DNA of 64,000 bases from Balanoglossus misakiensis (GCA_040954595.2 CM082587.2:8809403-8873402), one strand, 5' to 3'; shown: positions 39,644 to 50,500, counted from the stretch's first letter. Numbers and translations are program-made. Notes: generated from the letters alone by a model not told the origin.

Positions 39644-40709
39644 TGGCAATTCCTACGCAAGTTCTTGTTTCGGGACGGAGAGGATGATACTGACAAGTGC
39701 CATGTTTTAACTGGTCAGAAGTGTCTGGACAACGGACAACGCCCAACCAGGTGTGTCTTTCGCTGAGCTGGACGTCCTTGGGGAGCCACCCGGACTGCAG
39801 ACAGACGGGAGCCAGGTCCAAGCGTCAACGGCGAGGAAAATTCTCTGCAGAGTGCCAAGTGGTGAAGTCGCTGAACTGTTACCGGCCGGAACTGTTTAGT
39901 GTGAAGTGTTCATCGCGGTATACAAGGTATTGTGTGTCCAGAACTTGACAGTGTTATTCCGTGCGAACTATAGACAGTGCGCATAAATTCCGTCCGTGGC
40001 GCATAGTTTCCATCTGTGATAACTTCGGACTTGAACTTGTGGACTGGGTATTTTATTGCAAACGAACTTTCTGGTTATTCGCCGTAGAACCTGGTGTAAC
40101 GTAATGTTTGTAAATTTTTCTTAGAAATTTCAATATTGTCTATATAATGCAATGTGGTCAAAGTAGTTTTGACTTTGATTTAATTGTTGAAGTGGGCTCC
40201 ATGTGGATATAAACCCCTGTTTTGTTGCCTTTAGCCTGCTTTAAACGAAAAAAATATATATATATAAATTTTATTTTCTTTCAACAGTATATTTTGGTTA
40301 AGTGCTGAAGTATAATTTTCTTTGTAAATTTCAGTTCATTATTTTCCAAACGACGTGGAAAAAAAAAATTGTCAGCACTTGTTGAAAAAAAAAAATATTA
40401 AGTTATAAGTTAAATATTGTATATTGACTTGAGTTAGTTTATTATTGTATTAGTTATTTAGTTGTTTCATTATTATTGAGACTGTCCATGAATGGTCGTA
40501 TTCATCCAAATCATACATTAGTCTCTATAGAACCTTTGGCAGTGTCTGTAAGCTATTCTATGCTTATTTCATTCCCTGTTAACGTATGTGCTATGCCAGT
40601 AGATACTGATATTATTGTTAAGATTTTCCAGTGAAATAGCTTGCATTGCATTGTATTTAACGACACGTCAGAGTCCTCCCAAATTGCCTTTCATTTTCTG
40701 GGGAAAAGA

Positions 40710-42134
40710 ATGGCTGTGTCCAAAATATCAATTCAAGAGCGAAGCATTTATGTGCAACACTTGCCTTTTGAATGTACAAAGAAACATTTTAGAGAATTTA
40801 TCGAGTTACAGCTTGGTTTGGCCCAGGTTGATCAAATTTATATTTCTGATAAAGATTCCGCTTTTGTCATATTTGAGAATATAGAATCAGCCACAGCCGC
40901 TCTGCCAGTAATACATAAAAGCACTTTTGAAGAAAGCAAATTACGGGCAAGTCGTGTGACCACAGCCCGAGGGTTGGAACTGTGGCATTTAATTGAGGAA
41001 ACCGAACAAAGTACTGGCCTAGATTACAATGAAACCAGTGATCCCAAGACATCCAAACCCAAAGCAGATGTACAGGAAATTATTAACATGTTGAGTTTAC
41101 TGTCTGAAGCAGATAGGAAAGCGGTTGCACAGGCCATATCACCTGCTCCACTGAAACCAATCGTATCAACCCCTATGCCACAGCCGATTCCATTTCCAGC
41201 ATTTCCAGTACCAACTTCAGTTGCAGATTCTTCACCATTTATTATGTCTTCACCTGCCCAAGCAGCTGCTGCACAGCCAGCCAGAGCCACTACTGCTTTT
41301 CACTCGGTGGAATTCCCAAGAATAGTCGTCTTCTCTGGCAAAGGTGATGTCACTTATGAAATGTGGCGATATGAAGTTCGAGCACTACAGAGGGAGAATG
41401 TGTTTCCGGAGACCATAATTATGCAGGCTGTTCGGAAATCCCTACGAGCGTCCGCTGCTGAAGTCCTACTACATATGGGAGAAGACATCACAGTGTCCCG
41501 ATTGATGGCGAAGATGGACATGGTCTTTGGGAAAGTATTGCCACCGGAAGCAGTTTTGGAAAAATTCTATACAGCACGACAAACGAAGACAGAAAAGGTA
41601 GCAGAATGGGCCTGTCGCATCGAAGGACTTTTGGATGAACTCAGATCAGGTCAGTCCATCTCTAGTAATTCAGAAGAAACCATGCTTCGAACCAAATTCT
41701 TTTCTGGCCTGTCAGATGAGCACATTAAGAATGCAATCAGACACCGATATGATACAGGAGAAGATTATTCAGGATTGTTGCTAGCCGCAAGAAAGTTTGA
41801 AGTAAATAGGGAGACCACTACCAGGGTTCACCAAGCAACTGTTGCTGACAAGACGATGATAACCAAATTGGAGGAACTTACCAAAGGTCTGAAGAACTTA
41901 GCTGAGAAGGTTGCTGAACTAGAGAAGCGAACTTCAACATCATCAACTCCAGAGTCTACTTTTCGCCGACATGTCAACAATGAAAATGGCCGGGATCGGC
42001 GTGGCAACGATGGAACTCGCCAACCCAAACAAGTTTTCCCAGGCAACTGCTTCAAGTGTGGTGAACATGGACACAAAAAGACAGACTGTCCTTTAAATGG
42101 GGAGCGACCAGGCATCCGGAGGGACATGCGCTAG
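40710..42134 (+). CDS. gag: Gag: N-terminal RRM-like domain, PNMA-like capsid, coiled coil, CCHC zinc knuckle
   Basis: The ORF is open from 40641 and the first ATG is at 40710. Motifs: IYVQHL (RNP2-like), DSAFVIF (RNP1-like), FSG...YEMWRYEV, CFKCGEHGHKKTDC. Confidence 0.92.
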   Translation: MAVSKISIQERSIYVQHLPFECTKKHFREFIELQLGLAQVDQIYISDKDSAFVIFENIESATAALPVIHKSTFEESKLRASRVTTARGLELWHLIEETEQSTGLDYNETSDPKTSKPKADVQEIINMLSLLSEADRKAVAQAISPAPLKPIVSTPMPQPIPFPAFPVPTSVADSSPFIMSSPAQAAAAQPARATTAFHSVEFPRIVVFSGKGDVTYEMWRYEVRALQRENVFPETIIMQAVRKSLRASAAEVLLHMGEDITVSRLMAKMDMVFGKVLPPEAVLEKFYTARQTKTEKVAEWACRIEGLLDELRSGQSISSNSEETMLRTKFFSGLSDEHIKNAIRHRYDTGEDYSGLLLAARKFEVNRETTTRVHQATVADKTMITKLEELTKGLKNLAEKVAELEKRTSTSSTPESTFRRHVNNENGRDRRGNDGTRQPKQVFPGNCFKCGEHGHKKTDCPLNGERPGIRRDMR

Positions 42135-42156
42135 GTCGGAACGGTAACAGTCCCTC
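42092..42156 (+). promoter_or_regulatory. Programmed -1 ribosomal frameshift signal (T TTA AAT plus predicted pseudoknot)
   Basis: The heptamer at 42092-42098 is in gag phase, and the -1 frame is stop-free into pol. After a 6-nt spacer, stem 1 is 42105-42115/42126-42138 and stem 2 is gagggac 42119-42125/gtccctc 42150-42156. Confidence 0.8.
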
Positions 42157-42202
42157 TAATGTTATTGATTCGTTAATAGGCCACGCCAATGAAACTGAGA
42201 TT

Positions 42203-45200
42203 GTGTTGGAAGGATCCTCGTGTATTGCGCTGATAGACACCGGGTCCATGGTATCTACTGTTGCTGACACTTTTAACAGAGAGAAGCTACAGAAACCAAT
42301 TCATGACCTGAACAACTTGGTGAAGGTAGAAGGGGCTAGTGGTACAGAAGTTCCTTACCTTGGTTATATTGAAGTTGAAGTGAAATTCCCAGATAGCCAT
42401 GGACAAGAGATGTCTAAAGATATATTATTGCTTGTTGTTGAAGACACGGAATATAATCAGATGGTTCCAGTTGTGATAGGCACAAATGTTCTCCAACATT
42501 TTGTGGATGAAGATACACAGTACAATACAGACCTATCCTCAGTATGGAGACTAGCATACCAAGCGACTATGCACCGGCAGAGGGCCGAAGGTAGGACATT
42601 TACAGTTACCACTACTAAACCCACAACCATTGGACCATACGAACGCACAGTCATCCATGGATTTTGCAGAGTGGACCTAAGAAATTGTCAATCAGTAGTT
42701 GTGGTGGAACCAGAAAATGACAGACTTTTACCTGGTGGTTTACTTGTTACTCCAGCCGTGTTGAAGTTAGAGCCTCGTGGTAATTCGTGTCGAATCCCAG
42801 TAATGGTGACCAACTATGGAGCACGTGCTGTCACAGTTCCCCCTAAAAGCACCCTATGTAACATGAACTTAGCATCTAATGTCTCACAGCCTTTAGATCC
42901 ATATGGAGATGATATTGATACAAACTCAGATGGGACCACCTCACCAAAAGTACCCGATTGGCTGATAAAAGACCTGGGATTACAAGAGGCAGATACAGAA
43001 TTAACAGAAATCCAGAAAGACCAAGCCTTGGCTACCATTGGTAAATGGCAAACCGTGTTCTCTACAGGTGAGAGAGATTTGGGACACACAACATTGGTAA
43101 CACATTCGATAAAGTTAACGGATGAAACCCCCTTTAAAGATAAATACCGTCGAATCCCTATGGGTATGTACGAAGAATTGCAACAGTACCTGCAAGATAT
43201 GCTACAGAGTGGTGTGATTAGAGAATCAAACAGCCCGTGGTCCTCAAATGTTGTATGTGTCAGAAAACCTGATGGGAAGCTGAGGGTGTGTATTGATTAT
43301 AGACGTCTCAACGCCAAAACCATTAAAGACGCTTACGCATTACCCCGGGTATTGGATACGCTTGATAACCTTAGTAACGCCGAGTGGTTTTCATCGCTTG
43401 ATCTACGGTCTGGATATTACCAAGTAGAGATGGCGGAAGACGACAAAGCGAAGACAGCTTTCACGGTGGGAAACTTCGGCTTATTTGAATTCAACCGTAT
43501 GTCTATGGGTCTGACCAACGCACCTGCAACTTTCCAGCGTCTCATGGAGAAGTGTTTTGGAGAATTGGCGTTCAGAGAATGTTGTGTGTATTTAGATGAC
43601 ATCATAGTATTTTCGAAGACTTTTGAAGACCACCTCAATAGATTGGAGCGGGTATTCCAGCGGCTGGCATCACATGGATTAAAGTTGAAGGCAACGAAAT
43701 GTGTTTTATTCCAGAAGAAGGTGAAATATCTTGGACACGTGGTATCAGCCGACGGAATTACAACGGACCCAGACAAGGTAGCAGCTCTGAAGGAATGGCC
43801 AATACCCACTACTGTAACAGAACTGAGAAGATTTCTTGGATTTGCAGGGTATTACAGGAGATTTATCCAAAGCTACAGTAATATTGCCAAGCCACTTAAC
43901 GACTTGCTGTGTGGACGTCAGTCAAGGAATAAGGCGGGAAAATTTGAAAAACTCCAGTGGGGACAACAGGAACAACAAGCTTTCGACACTCTGAGGAAGA
44001 GCCTAATGTCGTCACCAATACTAGCCTTTGCTGACTACTCACTTCCATTTGAAATACATACTGATGCAAGTTCCACATGTCTGGGAGCAGTGCTGTATCA
44101 ACGCCAGAAAGGTATTCTCAGAGTAATTGCCTATGCAAGTAGAGGAATCACCAAGTCTGAAAGTAATTATCCAGCTCATAAATTAGAATTTTTGGCACTG
44201 AAATGGGCCGTCACCAAGAAGTTCAACGACTACCTGTATGGAAGCAAATTCACTGTGTTTACAGACAACAACCCTTTGACGTATGTGTTAACTTCTGCGA
44301 AACTGGATGCGGTGGGACACAGATGGTTGTCAGACTTGTCATTGTACGACTTCTCTATTGTTTACCGGAGTGGTAAGAAGAATATAGAGGCTGACGCTTT
44401 GTCTAGGATTCCATGGAATAGAGAGAATCCAGAGACGGAAACCAATCTGGGAGCCGATGTAGTCCAGGCGCTTTGTCGAGCAACAGAAGGTCCATACGTA
44501 ACTTCATTCGGAATGGTAGCAGATGAGGACAGACCTGCAGTAGTTCAAGGTGGGGATGATGTGTTCTGGAAGACGGAGCAGTCCAAAGATTCAATAATAC
44601 GGTATGTGACTGATCAGCTTGAAAAGGACCACAAACCACTTATGAGAGATCATACAGGAGATATCAGACTACTTATACGAGATTGGAAACGCCTTGTTCT
44701 GAAGAATGGAGTCCTATACAGGAAATGCTTCATCGATGATATACAATATTTGCAACTTGTCTTACCAGTACACCATAGAAAAGATGTCCTGGAGGAACTA
44801 CATGATAAACTTGGACACTTTGGCCAAGATAAAACCCTGGATCTGGTACGACGAAGATTCTACTGGCCTAGGATGTCGATGGATGTTCAAAAGAAAGTGG
44901 AACATTGTTTACCATGCATTCGCAGGAAAAGTTCAACTTCCTTACCCAGAACTCCCTTGGTTAATATTCACACATCACAACCGATGGAAATGGTGTGCAT
45001 CGACTTTCTCCATATACCAACACCAGATCAAGGATATAGCAACATATTAGTGATGACGGACCATTTCACTCGATACGCTATAGCAGTACCTACAAAGAAC
45101 CAGTCTGCCAAAACAACTGCCAAAGCATTGTTTGAACATTTGATTTTGCATTATGGGTTCCCAGGACGATTACACAGTGACCAGGGGCGAAACTTTGAGT

Positions 45201-46351
45201 CGTCTACAATTCAGGAACTTTGCCGAATAGCAAATATTAAGAAGTCCAGGACCACTCCATACCACCCCCAGGGAAATGGAATGTGCGAACGATTTAATAA
45301 GACGTTATTACAGATGCTGGGAACTATGAATGAAGACAACAAAACAAGATGGGCTTCACATGTCAATACGATGGTTCATGCCTATAATTCTACAAAGCAT
45401 GAAAGCACCGGATATTCACCTTTCTTTTTGATGTTTGGTCGTGAACCAAGACTGCCTATAGATGTATCTGGACATGCAGACCAGACCAACCTAGAATATG
45501 GTGGAACAGTTTCAGATTATGTGACGAAACTTGCCGAACGGTTGGATTACGCCTATAAAGTAGCAACGGAACGGTCTGTTAAGTCTGGTGAACGGCAGAA
45601 GAAGTCATATGATAGAAAAGTGAAGGTGGCCATAATACAACCTGGTGATACTGTGTTGGTGAAGAATACAGGACCTAAAGACAATTACAAATTGGCAGAC
45701 CAATGGGAAAAGGATCCATATACAGTGATTTCACAGCCCATAGAAGACATTCCAGTATACGTGGTACAAAAACAAGTTAAGGGTGGAAGGAAGCGGACAC
45801 TACATAGAAATTTGCTACTCCCAATACCAATAATTCCGGACGAACTGGATGACGATGTTAACACCAAGATGACGCAGCGTGATGTTAAGCAGAGTGTACC
45901 GGGTGTTATCAACAATGCTACCCAGGATGCAGTGGACGAAGAGGATGACGGCATTGGTAAATTGCAATTCGTGTCAACTATCAACTTGCCAACAGAACAC
46001 AATGCTCTTAATCCTACTGCTGCAGAATTCATCCCATCCAGAAGAGAAAGTTCCCTGATGGACAACCCCACAAGTATGGTTAATCCGGATGGACCTTCTC
46101 AAGTACTTACCTCAGATTTCTCGAATCATATTTTGCAAAGTACGGATGGTTGGTCATCGAGCGATCCAGATGGTATCACTCCTGCTACAACCAACATCAG
46201 TCCTGACTCCAGTAGTAGTACTCAACCTGAACCACGCTATCCTACACGACAGAGACGACCTCCAGATAGATATAGTCCCGAACAATGGAATCTAAAACAG
46301 TTTGCTCATACGACTTTATCGTCTATACCATTTATTAATTGCCACTATTAA
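42203..46351 (+). CDS. pol: Pol polyprotein (protease, RT, RNase H, integrase), probably made as Gag-Pol by -1 frameshift
   Basis: LIDTGS, YLDD, TDAS, H-x4-H...C-x2-C, IDF/SDQG/ERFN. The ORF is uninterrupted for 1382 aa and the frame stays open back to 42098. Confidence 0.96.
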   Translation: MLEGSSCIALIDTGSMVSTVADTFNREKLQKPIHDLNNLVKVEGASGTEVPYLGYIEVEVKFPDSHGQEMSKDILLLVVEDTEYNQMVPVVIGTNVLQHFVDEDTQYNTDLSSVWRLAYQATMHRQRAEGRTFTVTTTKPTTIGPYERTVIHGFCRVDLRNCQSVVVVEPENDRLLPGGLLVTPAVLKLEPRGNSCRIPVMVTNYGARAVTVPPKSTLCNMNLASNVSQPLDPYGDDIDTNSDGTTSPKVPDWLIKDLGLQEADTELTEIQKDQALATIGKWQTVFSTGERDLGHTTLVTHSIKLTDETPFKDKYRRIPMGMYEELQQYLQDMLQSGVIRESNSPWSSNVVCVRKPDGKLRVCIDYRRLNAKTIKDAYALPRVLDTLDNLSNAEWFSSLDLRSGYYQVEMAEDDKAKTAFTVGNFGLFEFNRMSMGLTNAPATFQRLMEKCFGELAFRECCVYLDDIIVFSKTFEDHLNRLERVFQRLASHGLKLKATKCVLFQKKVKYLGHVVSADGITTDPDKVAALKEWPIPTTVTELRRFLGFAGYYRRFIQSYSNIAKPLNDLLCGRQSRNKAGKFEKLQWGQQEQQAFDTLRKSLMSSPILAFADYSLPFEIHTDASSTCLGAVLYQRQKGILRVIAYASRGITKSESNYPAHKLEFLALKWAVTKKFNDYLYGSKFTVFTDNNPLTYVLTSAKLDAVGHRWLSDLSLYDFSIVYRSGKKNIEADALSRIPWNRENPETETNLGADVVQALCRATEGPYVTSFGMVADEDRPAVVQGGDDVFWKTEQSKDSIIRYVTDQLEKDHKPLMRDHTGDIRLLIRDWKRLVLKNGVLYRKCFIDDIQYLQLVLPVHHRKDVLEELHDKLGHFGQDKTLDLVRRRFYWPRMSMDVQKKVEHCLPCIRRKSSTSLPRTPLVNIHTSQPMEMVCIDFLHIPTPDQGYSNILVMTDHFTRYAIAVPTKNQSAKTTAKALFEHLILHYGFPGRLHSDQGRNFESSTIQELCRIANIKKSRTTPYHPQGNGMCERFNKTLLQMLGTMNEDNKTRWASHVNTMVHAYNSTKHESTGYSPFFLMFGREPRLPIDVSGHADQTNLEYGGTVSDYVTKLAERLDYAYKVATERSVKSGERQKKSYDRKVKVAIIQPGDTVLVKNTGPKDNYKLADQWEKDPYTVISQPIEDIPVYVVQKQVKGGRKRTLHRNLLLPIPIIPDELDDDVNTKMTQRDVKQSVPGVINNATQDAVDEEDDGIGKLQFVSTINLPTEHNALNPTAAEFIPSRRESSLMDNPTSMVNPDGPSQVLTSDFSNHILQSTDGWSSSDPDGITPATTNISPDSSSSTQPEPRYPTRQRRPPDRYSPEQWNLKQFAHTTLSSIPFINCHY

Positions 46352-46410
46352 TCAAATATCTTTAACTTACTTTAAATGACGAGGACGCCATTTCTCCTCG
46401 CAGGGGTGCG

Positions 46411-47051
46411 TGTAACGGCCTTGTTGATCCATTGAATTTGTATACATGTATATCTGTATGTATGTTATACCTGTATCTTATAGTAATTAGTTATTCAATT
46501 ATTCATATGACGTAATAGTACTTACCTTCAATTGGTTGATCTTAATTATATGCAAACCACCTGGAAGTTTCATTTGACCAATGAACACAAGCTAATCTGG
46601 CACTATGATGTAATTGCTGATATAAAAGGACATGGTGCATAAAATTGGTCAGTTCACCTCTGTAGCCAGACCGGCCACACACGTTGGAACTGACATGTAT
46701 TTGTTCCATTTCAGGTTAGTTTCCTTGTACCTTACCTGTTGCTTGAAGCTTTGTATTTTGGTGCATTCTACCGACTCATTTCAGCACAAGTAATTGGTGT
46801 CGTTAACTTGCGTCAATTTTCCAATTGTATGTCTATATTTTTCACTTGAATGAATTTTGGTGTATTCTGTTGGAGGTGAACTCCCATACATGTGTGTAAT
46901 TTAGAGTTCACCTCTGTAGCCAGACCGGCCACACACGTTGGAACTGACATGTATTTGTTCCATTTCAGTTATTAAATGTAAGGCCTATGTCTTTGTTACC
47001 CGTAACCTGTTTGGTGTGAATATGTTGGAATGAACGGCGACAACCGTGACA
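46411..47051 (+). repeat. 3' LTR of element A
   Basis: Identical by eye to 38982-39622. The 64-bp repeats are at 46651-46714 and 46905-46968. It is preceded by a short atypical purine tract, aggggtgcg. Confidence 0.96.
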
Positions 47052-48113
47052 ATTCTATTGTAATTCTAGTTCCAAATGATGTCACACTTTCTCGATTTTT
47101 GTCAAACTGATGACGGGCTGCAATATTCGCTTCTCCAACTTTCGGCCCATAGTCCTCTATCAGTCTTAGCCCGCGTGATATTGTCTTCTTTTACACGAGA
47201 TTACTCATTTGTTCTCTGACTGTATCTGTTGGCCTTGTTTTATCTTCATTCTACCAAATTTAATAAAATTTTCTTTGTCGAAGGTGCGTGTTTGACTTTC
47301 ATCGTAAAACTCGCATTTTCATGAAATGAGTGGAGAACTCTGACCACAATCAAACCGGCTGTTTCGTTCCTTGTCACAGTTTGAACTCTTGGCCTTTAAT
47401 ATAGTCAATTAGAAAGGGAGTAGTATGGTTAGCACTGTTATTTGTTATTGCGGATATCGTTGAATAAATATACAAGCGCTCAACAACAACGATAAATACC
47501 CAAATGCGCCACCCCCTTATCATCGTACCATATTTAGATGCAAATATTCAAGGATAGATGTTATCATGCTGTGCGCATCATCGCCATATTACACATATAC
47601 GAGTCTGTTCAAAACAATTGGTTTGATGGTGCACAGGTTGGTAATAGGATTATGATTCCAAAGATGAAGGTTATACCTCAAAAGGGCGACTTCAAGTGTG
47701 CAAATTTATAGACAAATTGTAATTTAGCACTTCATCATAACAGTTGCTTTCAACATAACTAATGCTAAAAGTTTATCAGCAGAATGTCAACAGAGATCAA
47801 TTATACACTCCATCGATCGATGATGTAAAGCTACTTGCACAATGTCAATCGTATGGGGTCACACAGGGACCATTAAGACGGTTCTGAAACGTCACAAATC
47901 AACTACTGGCAGAAATTATTATGTGTGAACGGTTTAAGTGGTCATGAAACATCTCAGATTTGAGACGGCTTTCCCGGCCAGACCTGAGCCGGTGTAAGGA
48001 TTAAGACCTCTGCGCAACCCATTGTCTATGGCACCGAGCCTCAGCGCCTATACAACTTTGTGTGTGTGGCTCCATCTTTACAAAAGGCAAATAGTGTCTC
48101 TGAACCGTCTCTA

Positions 48114-48690
48114 TTTTTAGGTCCCATTGGTATATACCATGGGACCTTATGGGAGCGGTTGCGTCTGTATGTATGGATGGATGGATGTATGGATGGATGT
48201 ATGTCTGTATGTCCGTCCACATCAAAAACTTGAAAACCGCTGCGTGTATCACCTTGATATTTGGTGTGCAGATGCAGGCTGGGCTGTGGATGGGAGTTTG
48301 TTCAAATGAAGGTGTCATCGCCAAAAATATGCAAATTAGCTGGGAAAATGTGAATTTGTTCAAAACTCAGTAACTCAAGTAGTACTGGTCAGATTGCTTT
48401 GCAAAGTGGTGTGTATTTACTTTATTGAGTTGGCAGGAAGTTCCCGGTGTGATTGATTTACACAGCAAATTCCTTGATTGATTACATAACTGGCTAAGTT
48501 TTAAAGAGGCCAGCTGTTCTATTTAGTGTATGTACAGTACATATGCCATTGGCAGCTTGTGGGCCAGTGCTTGCCCATTGATCTCTCGCTATGTGTGTGT
48601 GTGTCTGTCTGTATGGCCATGTACTCCGGTGTAGACTTTTTCTTGTGTAATAACTCAATGGGACCGCCGTGTCCTTGACGCGATTTTTTT
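48114..48690 (+). mobile_element. Short complete HINE with the same termini as 32957-34222 but no core array
   Basis: 5' ttttaggtcccattggtatataccatgggacc plus microsatellite; 3' atgggaccgccgtgtccttgacgcgattttttt. Confidence 0.8.
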
Positions 48691-49008
48691 ACCACTGTGA
48701 CCGTGGTATCATTGAGCTTGACGTTGTGTTTGCTGACTGTGTGCTTTGTTGATAAATGCATTGACCTTAACCATTGATAACTAATGGCAACGTAGAGTAG
48801 GAACCAGGTGTGGTGCCTTCTGGCTGACCTTAGACTATAGATTGCTTATTTAGATCAAGTAGACTATAGATTGCTTATTTTGATCACTACTTGTAACATC
48901 AGAGTCGTAAACAACTTGTAAATTGAGTGATATATTTGAGGCAACTGAAATTAACTAGCTTAGAATAGCTTCAGTGGGGAAAAGTTGTTCTCTTGACACG
49001 GTCCATTA

Positions 49009-49170
49009 CAGTCAAACCCCTGTTAATGGCCACCCCTATATAGTGGCCACTTTGTTACAGTCCCTGTGTAATTTAGATGTGCATTAATTAAACTCTATAT
49101 AAAGACCACCTGTCTGTAAAGGTCAGTTTAGGCAAGTCCCTTGACTGGCCGCTGTAGACAGGTTCGACTG
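49009..49170. mobile_element. TA-flanked pogo/Tigger-like MITE
   Basis: TA|cagtcaaacc ... ggttcgactg|TA. Confidence 0.8.
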
Positions 49171-49716
49171 TATATCGATGTATATGAGATCCAACATGTG
49201 AACTTTGATGAACCTGAAACCGGCCTCCGAAACCGGCCTCCCTGTAACATAATGAAACTTTTTCTAATATCATTTTTTCAGTGGAGCAATCCTGACAAAT
49301 GCACATAGGGGAAACATATGGCCATTACCTGAAAGAAGTAGATGCTCTCCATATCTTTACCTCTCCAACTGTCAGGCAATCCAGTGTAACTTAACAGGAA
49401 ATGGTGTAGATGCAGTATTTCTGTTATCGCCTTCAGGATAAATGAACCGATCAAATTCTTGTGAATCGATATTCGAGTACTCGAAAGACACCTAACAAAG
49501 GAAAGAAAACAGGTAAGTTATTGGTAGTTCTAAGAGAAGGCTACAGACAATAGGGATTTCGGACCAAAACCTCATATTTTATTTAAAAAATAGAGTCTTT
49601 CTCGTTTATGATGAAAACGAACGACTCTTAAAACACGAATGAATATGTGCAAATAAAACAAATTAACCATTATGCGCACACTCTTGTGCACATGAGGGCT
49701 AAATAAATGCTGATAT

Positions 49717-50097
49717 ATTATAGAAATAATGGACGACGCCCTGACCATTAACGTTTGTTTATGGGCAAGGGCGAGGGGAAAGCCAAAAATTCATGGGCGA
49801 GGCTTCCGAGCCCGCGCCCATAATCAAACATTAATGGTCTGGGCGGAGTCGGTTATTTCCATTATAATTTACCAACGAACTCAAGAAAACCGTCAAAATT
49901 TAAGAAAATGTCCCACGCAAAAGACTATAGGGCCCCGGAACTTGTGTTACGCAAAATGTAGTATTCACTGAACTGTATGCTAATATTACTATTCAGATTT
50001 ACGGGCATGTAAACAAACCATTACTGAGTATTTGTGGTCAGTGACGTCGTTCATCTCGACCAATTAAAATGCGGCACACAGGCCATGGTAATATAAT
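49717..50097. mobile_element. Element with a terminal ~150-bp palindrome (49717-49867) and TATAAT-bounded ends
   Basis: cgccctgaccattaacgtttgtttatgggc...gcccataatcaaacattaatggtctgggcg; the body ends ccatggtaatataat. Confidence 0.7.
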
Positions 50098-50500
50098 GAA
50101 CACCTATTGCCTGGCCATGAGGGCCATAGCAGCCGTTTATTACACCCGAGGGGCTGTGAGTTACCAGAATCATATGATTCTGGTAAATCACAGCCACGAG
50201 GGGGTAAAAACGGCTGCTATGGCCCGAATATAGGCCAGGCTATAGGTGTTTTATAATAAACCTCATGCTAACAGCTGGGAAAATCTTGCAATTTTCTCTT
50301 GAGGCTGGCAGACGACATCTTCAGCGGTGGCCAATGTGTCAGACGACGCGACGCTGGTTGACGTGACCACGTTGGTCACGTGACCGGTTTATATTTTTTC
50401 TGCTATTTCCCTAGCGGTTCATAGTCGATTCTATTTTCCTATCACGTGACGGATTCTGGCGAATCACCTCACAGTATTAGCATGAGGTATATTATAATAA
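50092..50500. mobile_element. Second terminal-palindrome element abutting the previous one
   Basis: The palindrome at 50092-50256 is centred on the perfect taccagaatcatatgattctggta. The body is bracketed by acctcatgctaa (50260-50271) and ttagcatgaggt (50477-50488), then tattataataa. Confidence 0.75.

Larger units (their letters stand above)
38982..47051 (+). mobile_element. Full-length intact Ty3/Gypsy LTR retrotransposon A (PNMA-type Gag)
   Basis: Two 641-bp LTRs (TG...CA) identical by eye, TSD ATTC (38978-38981 and 47052-47055), PBS, gag, and pol in PR-RT-RH-IN order. Confidence 0.97.

Noticed and set aside
41024-46071. Antisense ORFs overlapping gag and pol
   Set aside because: They are short shadow ORFs expected opposite long coding regions.
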